A stretch of 64,000 nt of DNA, from contig NIVC01000672.1 of assembly GCA_002269645.1 (NCBI GenBank), positions 62,001 to 126,000 of the forward strand, read 5' to 3'. How positions within the stretch are numbered: position 1 is the stretch's first letter; every line of letters begins with the position of its first letter. This DNA is from Macrostomum lignano (Eukaryota). Below the pieces are notes generated by a model. It was given only the letters and a program-made list of their open reading frames with translations, made no database searches and had not been told where the DNA came from. This document shows, in pieces, positions 62,141 to 64,000 of this stretch. A program made the translations under genes and the position numbers.

Positions 62141-63393
62141 ATGTCCCAGTTGGAACTTCCCCAAAGAGTGTCGGTCGCCAGGCCAGTCTCCAATCTGCCG
62201 GCTCACCTGCAGTGCAGCAGCTGCTCCAAGCCGCTCTTCAACGCCCGACAGACTCCGCACGGGTGCCGCCTGTGCCAGGCCTGCGTCACCGGCCTGCTGC
62301 ACGAGGTGGAGAAGCGGCCCTGTCCCGGACACACCGAGGCCTGCACACTCAGAGACCACCACTCGGAGGAGGACGTTGGCGGCGGCGAGGTCGAGATCGA
62401 GGTGAGCCAGGCTACCTGCTTTCCCGACATGGCGACGAGACGCGAGGTCGCCAAGCTGCGAGTCCGCTGTCCGAACTGCGACGCCGGCTGCTCTGTCCAA
62501 CTCGAATGGGCTCGCATGGACCAGCATGTGCAACATAGCTGCGACTGGCACTCACTCCGCTGTGAGCAGTGCAAAGAGCTCATTCTGAAGAAGGACATGC
62601 AGCGACACACCAGCAGCGAGTGTCGCCACAGGAAGGAGACCTGCGACCTGTGCTCTCAGCTGGTCACACACAGCGAGATGGAGACCAGTCACAGGAATCT
62701 GCAGTCCGATGTGTGCTGTCCGAGATTCTCAGCTCGCTGTCCTCACTGCTCGGAGCGGAGCACACCGATGGACAGGCGGGGATATGTTGCTCACCTGTCG
62801 GAGTGCCCCGAGAGACCGGTAGAGTGCAAGTACTCTCACCTGGGCTGCAGGGCGATGGTGCGCAGGTCCGATCTGGAGAGGCACTGCAAGGACAGCGTGG
62901 ACTCTCACCTTGAGCTCATGGACTCGTTTATGCAGTTCATTGTCTTTCGTATCTTCATACTTCGGTCTCATGGTGAGTTTTCTGTTGGGAGTAATAAAGT
63001 GTCTGCTTTAGGAATTTATTAGTCTATTTCGACTCTTCATAGTACTACAGTGTGTACCCAATCGCTGCGCTGCTACATTGATTCTAGAACCATCAGCTGA
63101 TGAGAGTCCGCAGCGGTCCCATCGCTATTTAGTCACATCGGCTCAGGATTCCATCACCAGTGCCGCAGTGTCTGTTGATCAGCTGCTTTATTCGGTGGGT
63201 TGCAGTTTTGCATGCAGTTTTTATGTTGAATATCCTATATACTAAAAATGGTCTGTCTTTGATTTCTAAAAAACGGCCCACGCTGTCTTTTCAGCTGTCC
63301 GAGCTGCAAACAGCCGACTCTCCTGTGCGACTCTACTCCACACCGGTGCTACCCATGTGCGAGCTCCAGCTTCATCCTTTGCAGTTTTCTTAG
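62141..63393 (+). CDS. TRAF-like copy 9, WD40-class but truncated (exons 62141-62972, 63088-63194, 63295-63393)
   Basis: Phase-1 donor CAT G|GTGAGT; phase 1-0 linker exon (ttctag|AA...TCG|GTGGGT); exon 3 LSELQTADSPVRLYSTP..CEL matches AADSPVRMLGRP..SEL of the other WD exons, then stops at TAG. Confidence 0.6.
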
Positions 63394-64000
63394 ATTGAGA
63401 GCATGTAAGAAAGTCAATGTATAGGTAGAATATTCAAAAACTGGTCGCATCATGACAACGGAGGGATAGCCATGGCCTTTTTCTATATTGCCTCAGAATC
63501 TCTGTACTATTCATGATTTGTACTTTAAAGCTGGCTGTTGGAATGCCTATTGGGCAAAGCGCAAAAATACAAACACATGTGCAGTTCACCTACCGAGAGC
63601 TGTTTGGTGATGCTAAAAATAGATCACACGCCGTGATAAAAATAGTACACGGCACGTAACCACCAGGCATACATGTAGTAGGTACAAGCAGAATGAATCT
63701 TAGCTTGAATCTGACGTGCTCCTAAATATATTTAGTGAGTTACAACAATGGCAACTGAGCTCTTTAGCTTCACGGATACTATAAGACTGGGCATGAGGTG
63801 AAGAATTATTATTCTATAGTAGCGACTGGCTAACAAAAGAAACGCTTTAGAAAGGCAGGATGCTATAGTTTTTAGGTAACGAGGTACAGCCTGCTGAAAA
63901 TATAGCTGGTAATTTGAAGGAAAAATTCGAGGCGATTGCTATTATAAAAACTAAATAGAAAACTTGGTGTTTAATTTTGTCTTTCTTGTCAAGTTAAGAC

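Noticed and set aside
4520-62971. Many overlapping and antisense ORFs on TRAF exons (MQRAHPEEG, MCRCMSFF, MPVAALLH and similar)
   Set aside because: Shadow frames of GC-rich coding sequence, repeated only because the exon is repeated.

Overview
Eukaryotic (spliced GT-AG, minisatellite-rich) invertebrate DNA; a Macrostomum-like flatworm is my inference, not a demonstrated fact. The window is a birth-and-death cluster of nine near-identical TRAF-type first exons (atypical RING plus TRAF zinc fingers), and none is linked to a MATH domain. The five minus-strand copies belong to a class that splices at a phase-1 intron to a coiled-coil exon and stops; four are intact and one is a pseudogene. The four plus-strand copies belong to a class that splices at the same phase-1 position to a linker exon and then WD40-like exons; three are complete 5-exon genes and one is truncated. 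Eight of the nine copies sit as four head-to-head pairs, each with one coiled-coil-class and one WD40-class gene. Exon 1 appears homogenised by gene conversion while the C-termini are strongly diverged. Between the TRAF genes lie two diverged genes with tandem MVL-like (mannan-binding lectin) repeats and two copies of a PAN/apple plus ALK/LTK-type glycine-rich gene. An approximately 12-kb segmental duplication is present; its second copy carries a Gmr1-order Ty3/Gypsy retrotransposon (PR-IN-RT-RH) whose integrase is split by a PIF/Harbinger transposon. There are also SINE-like and foldback elements, a LINE relic and many minisatellites. All gene models were built by hand from splice sites and reading-frame phase, and identity figures are hand estimates.
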